A stretch of DNA of 64,000 nt from Bigelowiella natans CCMP2755. Its lineage: Eukaryota; Protista; Cercozoa. The notes beneath the pieces were generated by a model, which was not told the DNA's origin, did no database searches, and saw only the letters and a list, made by a program, of their open reading frames with translations. Location: positions 62,001 through 126,000 of the forward strand of contig ADNK01002959.1 of assembly GCA_000320545.1 (NCBI GenBank), in the 5' to 3' direction. Every line of letters starts with the position of its first letter. Positions within the stretch are counted from its first letter, which is position 1. The position numbers were made by a program, and so were the translations under genes. Shown piece by piece: positions 35,224 to 49,876 of the stretch.

Positions 35224-35792
35224 AGGGATGATACAACACATCAAGTTACATAACCAAAGGGTGGTGATTGTTCTATAGCTGAGAGATTAGGAGGAGGGGT
35301 AGGTATATCGAAAAACCGCCTTTTCATTTCTCATCAGCACTCGTCACTACTACTAGTGAAGTAGTGTACTACTATAGTTGACTACTTCTGTAAAGTAGTT
35401 CCTGATTGACTCTGCTTCTGGAACACCTTCATGGTTTGCATATGTCTACAATATATGTTCATCATATGTTGTCTGATTGAAAATACTGATGTCTACAATA
35501 TATATGTTCATCATATGTTGACTGATTGAAAATACTGATGTCTACAATATATATGTTCATCATATGTTGACTGATTGAAAATACTTATTGATAAGCAGCA
35601 AACACCAGCATTGTACACCCAGCAGCAGCAGCCCCCATTCAACCAAACAGCATTCCAAGGATACTTCCCCCTCATCACTCACTTAAAATTGCACTTGTGT
35701 CGTCGTATGTACTTGCTTTTTATCGATGGGCCCAAATAAGTTCTCCCCCCCCCCACCCCCCCTCCCGCCATTGCCGTCATATCGTTTTTCTC

Positions 35793-35831
<39 letters not shown>

Positions 35832-37357
35832 TCCATTGTCCCTTTTCGTATACCATATGATCGATGCCCTGGTCTCGAAGCCATGTGAAGTGAGGGATCA
35901 CGCTATTTTCTCCTTTTTGTACGTCGTTATCAGGAGAGTGGGTAAATCAAACCATAGATTAGCAAAGTGATGATGATGATGACAACGGTTTGTGGATGGT
36001 ATGATGCTGGCGGTGATGAGCGGGGAAAACAAAAGAGGAAATGACGGAAGCTGCTTTTGATATATCATTCACACACTGTAACCACTTCCTAGCGATTGTT
36101 TGCAAAATATACAGTTACTCAGGGAATAATGCAAAGCATTAAGTAGGCGCCACCTACCTGTGTAGAAAAGCTCATCAATATCGATGTGTACAAGATATTC
36201 CACCTGAAATAATAAGACAGGAAAGATGAGGATGATGAAGAAGATGAAGAAGCAAGCCAGTGACACATGATCGCAAGTATTAAGCAGCGACGACAATGAC
36301 GATAATACTATAAATCACGGGAAGATGTTTTATGTATGATTTCATCATGTTCTACGAGACAGGAGTTTAAGGAAGTTTGAGCTATTGTTTCCCAACACTT
36401 GCATTGCAAATTCAATGATAGCATTCTGTTGCAGCTGGTATGCACCACCTGCTTCTCAGGGGTAGATTTGGAATCCACAGCTTCCTTCATTGCTAGCTCA
36501 GCATTTAACATCTGCATGTCGTCATCGTGCACGCCAAAATGATATCATTCTTCTACCTTTTCTTCTTTCTCTTCTTTCTTCTTCTTCTTCTTTCTTCTTC
36601 TTCTTCTTAATTGGATCTTTGCCCTAGATTGTGGCTTTCTTCTAATTTCTCTTCTTTCCTTCTTATTGTGGTTTGTTCCTTCCATCATCATTCATCATTC
36701 ATCATTCGTCACCACCACCATCATCACCACCACCACCACCTGTCTTGCTGTGACTTCTCTTCTCGCGGTTTCTAGTCCTCCCAATCTGCTGAGCAGCGTC
36801 GAGGATTTCCATGCTGCCTCTTGTTCCTCAGTAGTTTTTCGTCTAATCGCGCTGACATTGCACAGAGGAAAACTTCTCGCCTGCATGCAATGTAATTTTC
36901 AGACATTAATAATCGGGGGGCATGGCCATTATTCTCCCCCGCCCCCTCCCTCGCTCTCTCTCCTTAAACTTCGCAAGCAACCTGGTCGAATGTATGATCG
37001 TTTGGATCGTCGAAAAAAAGCCATATATGCTGAAAACCCTTGGAGAGGTGATACCTTTGTCGTATCGTTTTAAGCACAGTAGTAGTTGTTTTAGTTGCAG
37101 TGAATACATTATTTCTTGCGTAGTAATCGAGATACACAGCATAATAATATGGTACATTCGAACGAGAATGATGAATCAAAGGATGACGGATATTTTCAAA
37201 TAGAGAATGAAGGAAGGAATGCTTGCCTTATAAAAGAGTCGACGATCTCTCTGGAAGGATCCCCAAGTTGGCCATCCCCGTCATTCTCACGGCTGGGAGG
37301 GGGGGGCATCCTAAGGGTGCAAACGATTCCTGCCGAGACAGGAGCTTGCGTCGTCAT
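32944..37357 (-). CDS. GT-A-like glycosyltransferase (GT2_4/GT92-like), multi-exon; 3' end approximate
   Basis: IVDSFIR|YHLSKGFQHIWLFFDDPND, QMLNAELA, YLVHIDIDELFY (DxD), YANHEGVPE, GKSSVRV..SVHGW, ILHFPVCG..W..KY. Confidence 0.75.
34447..34580. repeat. 3 x ~45-bp intronic tandem repeat
   Basis: Unit tgacttagcatccatcggtgatgtgaactaccaccaccaccttac. Confidence 0.9.
35442..35585. repeat. 3 x ~48-bp tandem repeat overlapping a minus-strand splice acceptor
   Basis: Unit atgtctacaatata(ta)tgttcatcatatgttgactgattgaaaatactg; minus strand reads ttgtag|acat at the TYANHEG exon. Confidence 0.85.
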
Positions 37358-37508
37358 AGAATCGTTGTCTCTTTTGTTATCCTTCTTCTTCTTCTTCTTC
37401 TTTCTGCCCTCTTCCTCTTCCTCTTCCTACTTCCGAGTCGAGGGGCTGCATGCTCTTTTAGTAACAAACCTGTTGTTGTTGTTGTTGTTGTTGTTGTTGT
37501 AGTTGTTG

Positions 37509-37689
37509 TAGTCAAGGGAGATTCTTCTCCTCTAAAAGTAACCGACAATTACCACTACTATTCTTGCTATCGTTGCTATGATTATTATCATGTTGTAATA
37601 GTTGTTATAGTCAAGGGAGATTCTTCTCCTCTAAAAGTAACCGACAATTACCACTACTATTCTTGCTATCGTTGCTATGATTATTATCC
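37509..37689. repeat. Direct duplication, ~81-bp identity, 99-bp period, in a divergent-promoter region
   Basis: tagtcaagggagattcttctcc...gattattatc occurs twice. Confidence 0.9.
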
Positions 37690-37946
37690 TTGTTGTTGCT
37701 GTTATCCGAATCTTCTCTCCACCTTCCTCTCTCCCCACCCCAGCCTTGTAATCAACGGAAAACACCCTACCTACCTTGCAACGGACTAACGGGTACAATT
37801 AGACGTCTCTTCTGTACGGATCCAACGCTGACTCGTTGGTTTTGATCAGAATAAAAGGTACGATATGGCCTAGCAGTGAGCACATTGGCTGCAGAAGATT
37901 CCCTTCACACCTGACTATTAGAGAAGGAAGCAGGAACGGAAATGCC

Positions 37947-40900
37947 ATGGTGAGATTTTTCTATATCCGCAACACACATGGATGTTTTCACTTATGAATG
38001 CATGTCTGTTACAGGGTGATTCCGGAGACTGGGGGGGTCAGGAAAGGGTATATTCTCTAAGTACAAGACCAAGGACAGATACCTTTTTTTTGAGCTTCAG
38101 GAAAAGAAGGTAGGTCATCATAGATTAAAGAATCTCCACATGTATGCATGTGGATATAGGATGAGTGTTGATTCGTGATTATTGTGATCTTCTTTCTGTT
38201 CTGCTACGCTAGGACTCAAAATTTAAGTTCCGGTTACCCAAAAAACTACAAGATCTACGACCTACTTACAGAATCATAGCGAGGTGTGATTCTCACTCTT
38301 AATGTTTCATACTTTGGGGTTATTCTTCTGATGAAGCGGCAATACACATTTGAAATCAGAGTCTTAGCTACATGTTCTTTTGACCTGCCGTTATTAAGGT
38401 CCCTTGAGCAAGGAAAGCCCCCCCTGAAAATTGCATATAGCAACGACTTGGATGAATTGATTCAGGTGTGGCGAGAACTTTTGCTAGCTGACTACTACAA
38501 CATCAGTTTCTTTGGTGGACACATAATCATGATGATGATAGTAATAAACAATAATATACCTCCTACTAACCTACCTCTTAAATAATAAATTGTGGCAGGG
38601 AGAATGGAAATTTTGCAAATCTGATTTTGAGCATATATTCCCACGCAATGCTTCTCCGCACAATCAAAGGAAATGGGTTGTGCGTAGCAGCTTTAATACT
38701 ACGTTATCTGTATGTGAAGTAGATCATTCTTAAATGTTTGTATGTGTGCATAGTTTCTCCTCGAGTAGGTACTATTCGTACTAGAAAGAAAGGTATTTCT
38801 TATGGGCCTGCTTTTCTTTTCAGATGGAAGCTTATTTCACGAATCTTGCAATATCAAACGGAGCTGAAGTTGGAGATGATATTGAAAAAGATGAAGATAT
38901 CAACACTGGTACTACTACAGGGGAGGGCACAAGTAACACCGTGACTTCCATCCCTGCTGTAAGAGCACCCTTACCGACAGGAGCAGCAACAGCAGCAGAC
39001 ATACAACATCGTCCATTAATTGAAACGGAGAATAAACTTGCCAATGGAAGAAGAGGAGGAGGGGAAGGATCTTCAGATGAAACGAAGGGAATAGAGAAGA
39101 AAACCAGAATCTCTCGGGTATGTTGGCTGCATCAGTCACACAGCAGCAGCCAAAAACACATTGCAGAAGCAGCATTGCAACTGTGGATGCAAGAGTTTCA
39201 TAATCATCTAATGAACGATTCTATTTATGATCTGTTTCGCCATATTGCATACTTCCTCGTAGGTGATGAAGAATATACGATCTGTTTTCAAGAAAGACAA
39301 ACAGAATAGTAAGGTAATGCTCACAATAAGGAAAATAATAATAGTGATAACAATGATGCTGATGCCGATAACGATGACACTGGTATTTATAGCTGTTTTG
39401 TTCTGATGAAGATGCTGGACAATTGTGTCAGTTTTTATATCATCAGCGTTGTTGTCATCGTCCTTATCTTATCAATCAATAAATCGCACGTTTGCTGCAG
39501 TCTCGAAGCTTATCACCGAAGTTTGGAGAGAATAGAAGAGGAAAAGCTTCATCAACAGTACTACCATCAAGAGGAGGAGGAGGAGGAGGAGGAGGTGCTG
39601 CAACAGAAGCTCCGAAGCACAGTGGTGGTACTCGCCAACGACGTAGTAATTCGCGTCGAGCTTCTACTTTTCAGGCGATAAAAGATGCAAAAGTAGCAGC
39701 GGCAGCAGCAGCAGCATCAGCAGCAGCAACAACAACAACAACGTCGTCCGTAATAGTAAACGATAAAACAAGAACAATAACAACGACAGCTTCAGGCTCT
39801 GATGATACTGCTGCTGCTGCTGCTGCTGCTACCGCAAGTAATGCTCTTGTAGCTGTTGGCAATGCTGTACCGACGCATAGTGGGTCAGCAGCATTATCAT
39901 CACAACAACAACTACAAGCAGCAGCTAGAAACTCATCATCGTTACTTTCACCCAAGCTACAGCAGCAGCAGCACGATATTCGTGTTTCCTCCTCAGTGAA
40001 TCTTGCTTCTGCTGGTGGTAGTAGTTCTATTCCTGCATCCTCCGCCAGTCTCGGACAATCAACGACAGCAAACCTATTTACTAGTAGCAATGATAGCAAT
40101 AAATCACTGGCAGCAGCAGTAGCAGAACCGTCATTATCTGCTGCTACTACTACTACAAGTAGTGCTGGTGATGTTACCGGAAAACAGAAGATACCGAATT
40201 CAAGAAAATCTAACGTTGATGGCATCATAACCCTTTCTGACCAAAAGAATCACCGCAGAGATACAAATGTTATCAATATTGAAACAACTGCAGCAGCAGG
40301 TCGGGAGAACAGTCAAGACGATGGTGAGACTGACGATGATGACGACGATTATGACGATGAATCATCACCTGGAGGAGGAGGAGGAGGAGGAAGTAACAAC
40401 AGTGGTAATAATGATACTGATAAGCATGATAATAGCAGCAATGACGACGATAAAGTAAAAGCAGTAGCAGCAGCAACAATGGCGGCGATCGATGATGCAG
40501 AAGCAGCGTCGTCGTTAGGATTAGCAGTAGCAAGCAACAAGCATTATGATAAGAGCATCAGTAGTCGGCGACATGGTCAATATCCTCATCAGCAGCGTTC
40601 TTCACTAAATACTCGCCGCCCTTATATCACACGACATCAGAAGCAGCATTCTCAACCTCTACAACAACACCTGGAGAGAGAGAGCAACGAAGACTTCAAA
40701 TCAAGTAGGAAGAAAAGAGCATCAAGGTTGTAATAGGGAAATAATACCAACAGAAGGAAATAGCATGAGTAATCATTATTCAAAATAGTAAGGTGGTATA
40801 GCGTACATTTATAGGAATATACGTATGATGTGCGAAAAGAAGAAAGATATTAAAATAGGAAATGGATGTTATAAAACATAGATGATACATGAGCAGCATT

Positions 40901-42524
40901 ATTTTGTGTCAACGTACGTATTATCAGGCAACGTCACAGCACCAGTGATCTTGCCCACTTTGTCAGAAACTTGGACATCGTATCAGATGATGACCCCAGC
41001 AGCACGAAACAGCCGCTGCTTCATCATCACCACGAGAATAACAGCCTGTATACTACTACTACTACTACTAATACTATGACCAGTATAGCTAGAGGCAAGG
41101 GTGAGGAAAGAAATGTAGGCGACATCGAGAAAAAGGTGAAGAAGGCTAACGATAGGATCAGCACAATGGCTACGGACAAGATGAGGAAAGAGCCAAACGA
41201 TGAGAAGAAAAACAGCACCAACATCATCATCAACAACAACAACAATAAGAAGAAGAAGAAGAGGGGGGATCGGCATAATCGCAAACGTAGTGATCTCTGC
41301 TCTATAGGCGACTCTCCTCCTTCCGAAGAAGCATTAGTCTCGACTACAGATATGTTCAGTGTTACTACCACTACTACTGCTAATAATACTGCTTCTAAAC
41401 CCAATTCCAACAATCATGGTACAATAATGGGAATGATGATCAAGTCTCAAGAGCTGCCATCTGCCGTCAGCAGCAATACTAAAATTATATCCAGCTGTAG
41501 TAATAAGGAAATCATCCTACCAGGAGAAGGAGGAGGAGGAGGGGGGGGGGGGGCTCCTGATAGGCCACTGCTCATGACTGAAGTAGAAGCATCATCTGAT
41601 CATCATCATCATCCTCAAAAAATAGTAGATATGGGAAGTAGGACAACACCACCGCCCCCTCCTAACCCAAACCACTCCAGACAACAAGGAACATCATCAT
41701 CTGCTCAAAGGAGGATGATGAAGATGAGGGAGAAGAAGGTGAAGAAGGCAACATCAACGAAGCACAGGAATGGAGGAGGGGAGATGACAGCTGCTATAAT
41801 TACCAATGAAGTAGGGAGGAAGGGCTGGGGGGGAGAGGAATGGCATTATTCTACCGTTAAGAAGAAGAACCATCAGGTATTACTAGGAATAGTGATAACC
41901 ACAAAGCTTTTATAGCTTCAATGAAAACAGTAGCTTCACTGCATCATTACTTTGTATGATGGTTACTATTATTATGATTATTATTCTTTTTATTATTATT
42001 ATCTGTTATGGATAATGCTGCTGCATCTTCATCATTCGCTTTTGAGGATACGTTTACTGCTGTATTAACTAATCATTCATTCGTATACTTTAGGCCATGT
42101 GTATATCGTTACCTCTCAACGGTGTAGGAACGTTCCTGCTTTTAATCCTTCTCCTCGTAATATAATACATATTATGAGAATTACTTACTTATTTGCCTTT
42201 ATATAGAAGTGAAAAGAAGTGCTGTATGATGTTGGCTAACACCTTTTCACTTATTATTCCCAGATTTCAATCGGATGGTTTGTACGAGATTTCACAGAAT
42301 TAAGTTTGGGATTGTCTTTATCCTTAATTCTGTGTGTCATATACAGGTAGTTTCTACTAGTAAGCAAGAACAGTTATGCTTTCTTCATTTTTTGTGTACC
42401 ATATGAATAAGTAAATGCGTGATATAATTTTTTTCTGAACAGCATCGTCGTTCTCGGCTATCCGTTTTCTCTGTGTTTGTATATGCAAATACACACGAAT
42501 CGTGCTACGATCCGTCACACGTAG
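37947..42524 (+). CDS. Uncharacterised multi-exon protein with long low-complexity exons and hydrophobic C-terminus
   Basis: GT-AG exons at 38.0-38.8 kb, long ORFs 38824-39309, 39492-40733 and 40971-41915, terminal exons GWFVRDFTELSLGLSLSLILCVIY and SIVVLGYPFSLCL. Boundaries approximate. Confidence 0.5.
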
Positions 42525-43291
42525 TAAGTATGAGTGGTGATGCGCAATGTGAGACGCTGATACCCAGGGTGCTTAGTGTTATGTTGTTATGTTATTGCGA
42601 GCAGAGTGGGCAGTAACACAAGATGTTCTTTACTGCTGCTGCTGGTAGTTTTGTCACACTTTTCTAGGTTTTGTCAACCTTGTTATGATGTTGCGTAATC
42701 ATAGCAGCTTATAGACACACAATATTTGCGATGACAGCATGTGCGAATCATCCAGGCACGTCAGTACTACTAGTTTGCTCGCGTGCAAGAAATCACAGCA
42801 CATTGGCCAGCTATCGGAATACATATAGTATATGCAGCTGGATATGTGCATATGTGCATATGTGCTAATATGCTGTGTAACCAATACGTATATCCCCTCA
42901 TGGTAATCGCAGTTGTTCACATGCGCTGCTAGTGTGTGCTTATTAGCTTTGTGGATGACAAACGAGTACGTAGCATAGGTTGTTTGCGAAGACACACACC
43001 CCCACATACCACATACCCACGTACCACAGATAAATAAAGTGTATGAAAACGTTCATTGTCGAAAATATATAATTGCAATAGCATACATTACGCCTACATA
43101 TCAAAAGTAGCAACGTGTATTTTATTATCAATGTCTAATGTTATTTTGCTACAATGACCCAGATGAATGCTCACTACAACATGCAGAGAGATATTCGTCT
43201 AAGCAAGTGTGCAAATGCACGCGTATGGCATGTGTTTTCATCTGTCCCATTTTCGTGAGCTGTCATTTTTCATTTTGTATACGCAGTTTTG

Positions 43292-43820
43292 TCAGCTTTG
43301 AAAACCGGGAGAAAGAATTGAATTGATAGACTTCAAAGTTTCCTGGCAAACACTGTGTTGACTGTATTCTTGATTTAAATCGCTCATCGATCTGTACAAT
43401 AATTCTTGATTGGCATCCTAAAATTCGTGAAATTAGTTCACGTCAACAACATGATATCTCTGTAACTTACGAGTGTGTAAAGCATCTCATCGCAAGCTTT
43501 GTCGAAATCCACAAGTTGTTTCTTCAACTCTGCTGGCTTGGAACTTTGGGGATTTTTGAGGAGATATGTGGCAACTTTGAACAATTTCTAGGGAACGCAG
43601 TGAGAAAGAAGCAAACACAACGTTTTAGATTGTTGAGGGTCCGTGGGTGGTAAAAAATGTTTGGCCAATTAATATCACAAATTAGAAGCAAATTCTAATG
43701 CCCCATCCAGTATATTATTCTCAGTAGTACTACATTGATCTCTTTATTTATTGCTTCAACTCTTCTAGTTGTAAGCCTGTTATCAGCAATGATCTCGGGT
43801 GCTACGCGCGTTGACGCCAT
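43292..43820 (-). CDS. Small (~110 aa) helical protein, 3 exons
   Basis: MASTRVAPEII...NKEIN | KLFKVATYLL...DFDKACDEMLYTL | DANQELLY...GFQS*, with GT-AG junctions. Confidence 0.6.
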
Positions 43821-44007
43821 CTCTCCAAAGCTAGAAAAGGGGAGGGTGAGAGCTTCTAGGCTTGATCGTTCGTTTGTGTTGTTTGTGTTGTTTGGGTCGT
43901 CTGCACCATCAAATAACAACTATTCAAAGATATATTCCCGATAAAGTTTGGCTAGGTGAATCACAGATAGGTAGATTAGTTTGTTAGCTGCACAGAAGCA
44001 TTCTTCG

Positions 44008-44547
44008 ATGAACATAATTGCTACTAATATATCGAGGATTTTACCTAATCGAAAAGTATTTTCCAACAACAACAATGACAACAATACTGACAATTTGAAA
44101 CTGCTTCTCCTGCTTCCCTTGATCATCATATTTCCATCACGACGTCCTGCTAGCACTGAGGAGGAGGAGGAGGAGGAGGAAGAAGAGGAAGATTATCACC
44201 AGAAGCAGCACCCGTTTCATCCCCTATCGTCTTGTAGTACTAGCAGCAGAGATCTCTTTTCGCATCAACGTTGATGGGGAGGGCCAAGTTCATAGATCAA
44301 GAAGCAAAGCGGCCTCTGCTCGAAAAAGAGGACGACGACATAGTACCCTACAAGGTTGGTAGCAGTACCGATGTAAGAACCAAATGACAACAAATATTGC
44401 AGCTGATCTGGGTTGTTTTTCTAGATTCAGTGGAAAAGGATATGGTTCAATGCTGACTGGCCATGGGGCGTGGCTTTTGCTACGCTTGTACTTCTCACAT
44501 TCGTCATTCAGGTAATAATCCATTTACCTAGTACGAATGAAAAATTT

Positions 44548-44610
<63 letters not shown>

Positions 44611-44964
44611 TGGTAATGATCATGATAGCGATGAGCTGATGATACTATTTATTTCGCACACTATCAAGGCACGAATGATTCTTCAAGGTGCTGCTGCGAA
44701 CGATGGGGAAGTGAGTAGTTTTAACACTAACATAATGGTACGCAGAAGGTCATCGTCGCATGATTGCAGAGGACCTCGCTTATTCCTACATTATAATTTT
44801 TGAAAAATAAGTGTTCACCATTGCGTGATCCCCCTTGGAAATTGAAGATATCACCAATCCACCCTAGGTGGAATGGAAAGAACTAAAATCAAACGTTGGG
44901 GGACCTGTGATTTGGGGCTACCTCCGTCGTCATCCTGATATTCCACGTAATTTTAAGCAGATTT

Positions 44965-45010
<46 letters not shown>

Positions 45011-45248
45011 TATGAACACGAAGCTGTTGTAAAAAAAAAACCGAACGGACTATGGGAGGGAGGACGTTCATTTAGTAGATTAGAAAGAAGAAAAATCCAC
45101 GATGGAGATGTTAAAGAGGAAGATGGAGAAGCAACATGACCTATTATATACACTTACCTCTTCAATAAGTAATCTTATAGTTGTCTGTAGACGTACGTAC
45201 TACTACGAGACCATCTAACAAAACTACGAGACCATTTAACAAAGTATA

Positions 45249-45289
<41 letters not shown>

Positions 45290-45931
45290 AATGCTTTTTA
45301 CAGTCGTATTGAGCTGTGGAATCCTTTCTTTGGGCGTTCTGTGGGTGTGGTTACTACAACGTTACTCGGTATTATTCTTCTTCTTATTATTGTTTTTATT
45401 TTTGATATTATATGTGTTCTCATTAATAGCAGTATTGCTCTTTTTGTCATCATCTAGCTGTTCTTATCGTCTTCTCCTCGATTTTAGTTGTTGACGATTT
45501 CTGTACTGTTTGTTCGTGATCCATTGCTTACTCATAAAAGAACTCGATGATTTCTTCATATCATTAAACCTACTATTTTCCGTTTGTACGTGCAGAGGGC
45601 TACCATTTGGGGAGCTTCTATCGTGAAATGTTTATTCTTCATCTCCTTGAGGTACAGAATAATGATGGATAATTCGAATAAACCCAATACACGTGGTGTG
45701 AGTAACGATATAAGAAAGTCAATGACACAAATTCAGAACTTGCCTATGAGGAAAGAGCGTAGCTACTACTCTACATCATCATCATCATCATCATCATTAT
45801 TATTATTAGTTGTTGTAGTTATTACCTAATATGTCAGTGTTGTCTACTAGTAGCAATGGTAGTAGGAGAATAGATCCACTGGTGGTAGCACCGCACAAAA
45901 TGTAGAATCTCCATAAGCAAATAAATTGTGT

Positions 45932-45984
<53 letters not shown>

Positions 45985-47105
45985 ATTTGTATATAGTGTT
46001 TACACACACGCGCACTTGCTTCAGATCATGAAATGTATCATGATGACATTATTTGTTAAACATCGTTTTCATGATGATCACTCATATTTTATTCAGCATG
46101 AGCTTCAGTGGAATTCTTGGCGGCGTATGCATTCCCATTGTTGTTGCCTTAATTGCTACGATGATGTACGCTTAAGATCACTTTAACATTTGATAAAACA
46201 AGAAGAATAGAATCTAGTAGTAGTAGTAGTAGTAGTAGTAGTTGTTGTTGTTGTAGTGGGAGTAGCGTAGCATTTGAAAGTAGTAGTAGCAACACAATGA
46301 AATCATGTTGGAAGACAACTACATAATACTCAATAAAAACTTACAATATATTATATTGTAATTTGATATAAATGCTGTTGTCATCACCATTATTTATCGT
46401 TGTTTTCATGAAAACCAAATTTGAACAACTAATCGTCGTCATCATCATCGTTGTGATTGATTGCCCTGTCCTCCGACATCATCTTAGATATAAATACAAA
46501 GAAATAAACTATGCTGCGGCATTTCTTCAGCAGGTCAGTGAATAAAACATGATTATAATAAAAACCTGGTAAGTTGGTAGATAGTGTACCATTGCATTAT
46601 CTCTTTGTAGTTGTAGCAGCAGCAGGTAGAACTGTTTTCCTCAATGATCACAAATCAAAGAAGAGGGGAAAGAAGAGAGAGAAAGACAGAAAGAGAGAGA
46701 GAGAGAGGGAGAGAGAGAGAGAGAGTATACTAAATACTGAGTAGTAAGTAGTTTTGATGATGATTACGATGAATTGTACAGTCGTGTGTATGTTTACGAC
46801 ATCACTGGGGGATTTGGTTTGCTTCACTTGGGGTAATAATTATATTGTTGTTGTTGTTGCCGTGTCGTTGATTCTATGTCCATAAAATTAATAGATATTA
46901 TGTATAATGCTTCATTGTTGATGGTTAGACTACTCAAGTGTGTAATTACATTTCTCAGCAAATAAATGAATGGTCCTCCTCCTCCTCCTCCTCCTGCTTC
47001 CACTCATTTTCACTCCTTAATTGTACCTAATTTAACAATAATGAGCAGGTTCAAGCAGGTTACTGGGTTGTTCTTTTATTCTACATCAAAGCACAGGTAG
47101 TAGTT

Positions 47106-47138
<33 letters not shown>

Positions 47139-47320
47139 TTACACCTTACTACGACAATTTGATGATGATGATGATGAGGATGATGATTCTTCATCTTTGA
47201 TTGTTGTTGTAGTTTTTTAACACAATCATCCAGTAGTAATATTGTTATTTCCATTTCACTCGAAACCATGCTATTATTCCTCTTCGCATTCATATATGCT
47301 TTCATTTAGTCTAGAAACAA

Positions 47321-47366
<46 letters not shown>

Positions 47367-47471
47367 TTCTGTAATATTCATAGCAGTAAGTTAACTCATT
47401 TTCTAATCTGCAATGTGTTATCAACATGGTTCAGATGTATCAGAGCAAAAGGAACTATGACCCTTACGGTA

Positions 47472-47520
<49 letters not shown>

Positions 47521-48553
47521 TCATAATCATCATCATCATCATCATCATCATTGAATTATGTTACTACTTTCATTTCTAACGGCGGAGCAATCATCATCAT
47601 CATTGAATTATGTTACTACTTTCATTTCTAACGGCGGAGCAATCATCATCATCATCATTGAATTATGTTACTACTTTCATTTCTAACGGCGGAGCAATCA
47701 TCATCATCATTGAATTATGTTACTACTTTCATTTCTAACGGCGGAGCAATCATCATCATCATTGAATTATGTTACTACTTTCATTTCTAACGGCGGAGCA
47801 ACCATCCTTATATGATATGCTGTTGTAGTCGTTTCTAACCTCTACTGTTGTTTGCTTGTTTTAAAAAAAGGGAAAACAAAACGCGTCTTATCTTCCTTGA
47901 TGCTGGCCTGGATGACCTACTATCTGAAACAAGTAATTGCGAAGAAGAAACTTCATGAAGAATGAAGATGATGAGAAGAATTGATGAGAGATGACGTAGT
48001 ACAAGAGGCATATGAGGAGGAAAATACCTGCTGACGTGTCGTTTGGAACATGATTATTGTTATAGTTGTTATCATTATCATCATCATCATCATCATCATC
48101 ATCATGATCTTAGTTTCACTGTATTATGCTACAACTTCCATATAGCGGTAGCATTGGTGATAGTAGTAGTAATATTAACATGACATTGATGAGCACATCC
48201 TACATCACCAACCGTGACAACAGTAGTAACCAGCTTAAGATCTGCTTCCTACAATTCTTGGCCACTTCATTTCTCGTCGTTTGTGAGAAGAATGATAACA
48301 ATAGTAATAATAAGAATCACAATAATAATACTCCTACGAATACAGCAGGACATGGAAGAGAATTTGATGATAAAGATAATGACGACTGCTATCCTGATAT
48401 AGTTGTATTATACTGATGATTGTCGTTGCTAGGTGAAGTTGATGGTGGCGAGTGTGTCTACAGTCTCCTGGTATTTTCCAACAAATATGACCATGGCTAA
48501 GGAAGCTTCGAAAATGTAGGTTTACTATCCCCACCACTATCACCATCATTAGC

Positions 48554-48591
<38 letters not shown>

Positions 48592-48796
48592 AGGCAGTGT
48601 TGGCATAGTAGTAGCAGTAGTAATAGTAGCAGTAGTAGTAGTAGTGACTATAGTAGTTGTAAGTGAGTGAGCAAGTAAGTAAGTTGTAGCAAAAGAAGAT
48701 TCAAAACAACACAAAAAGTCTTATCATATTCTCATCATTTCCTCCCTTTCTCTCTATGACATATAGCTTTTAAGCAATCCACCCCCTCACCATCTG

Positions 48797-48847
<51 letters not shown>

Positions 48848-49179
48848 CCTTTCCTATGTGTGTGTGTGTGTGTGTATGTGTGTGTGTGTAATATCGTGTT
48901 GTTCTTCTTATTATCTGATTTATTCTCCGTAAATGTATAATGTGGATGTGTTGTTGTTGTTGTTGTTGTTGTTGTTGTGTGTTTGTAGATTAACACATCC
49001 ATCCATAATAGCTCTGAAATGGGCGATGAGTGCAAGTTTGGGGACTCTTTCTCTGGTAGTAGTAAAGATAATGTATATAATAATAATATAATTAGTAGTA
49101 GTGGTATTAGTAGTAGAAGTAGTAGTTTTATCAGAAGGTGCTGCTATTTTGTGTGCTCGTGCTATGTACACAATTTAGT

Positions 49180-49224
<45 letters not shown>

Positions 49225-49537
49225 AAGTAATGTACAATAGATATCACCAAAAAGGAACATCATGCACATCCACGTAATCCACATACATAAACACATTAAA
49301 AAGAAGACTAACATCTCGAATGAATATCTCCCTACTTACTCAGGGTGGATTATCATTGGCTTTAACGGATTTCTTTTATAAACAAAGTAGTATTATCAGC
49401 AGCATAGTACATCATCAGTAGGAAATGATAAATAGCAGTAGCAGTGGGAATAGAAGCATACCACATCACTAGGAAATAGGAGGGAGTTCCAACTGAAAAG
49501 AAGCAATACGAAAATCTTCATAGTAACATAGAGCAGT

Positions 49538-49574
<37 letters not shown>

Positions 49575-49829
49575 GAAACAGCAGCAGCACTGACCATTAT
49601 CAAATGATACCTATTCTTCTAGGCATGGTGAGGCTGTGCCTCTCAACCGCTTGTGGGTGTTTGCAGCAAGTTCTTGGGTATATCATGATCACAAGAGAAG
49701 AAGAAAAAGAAGAGGAGAATAATGATGATTGACTTAAGATCATGATGATGATGATGATGATGATGATTTACAACGATGGGCTGATGTTTGTAGAATTTTT
49801 AATGGAAATATTGTTCACAAACATACACA

Positions 49830-49876
<47 letters not shown>

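Noticed and set aside
47542-47801. CRISPR-like arrays (also 6705, 15983)
   Set aside because: Contiguous tandem units without unique spacers, located in eukaryotic introns, no cas genes.
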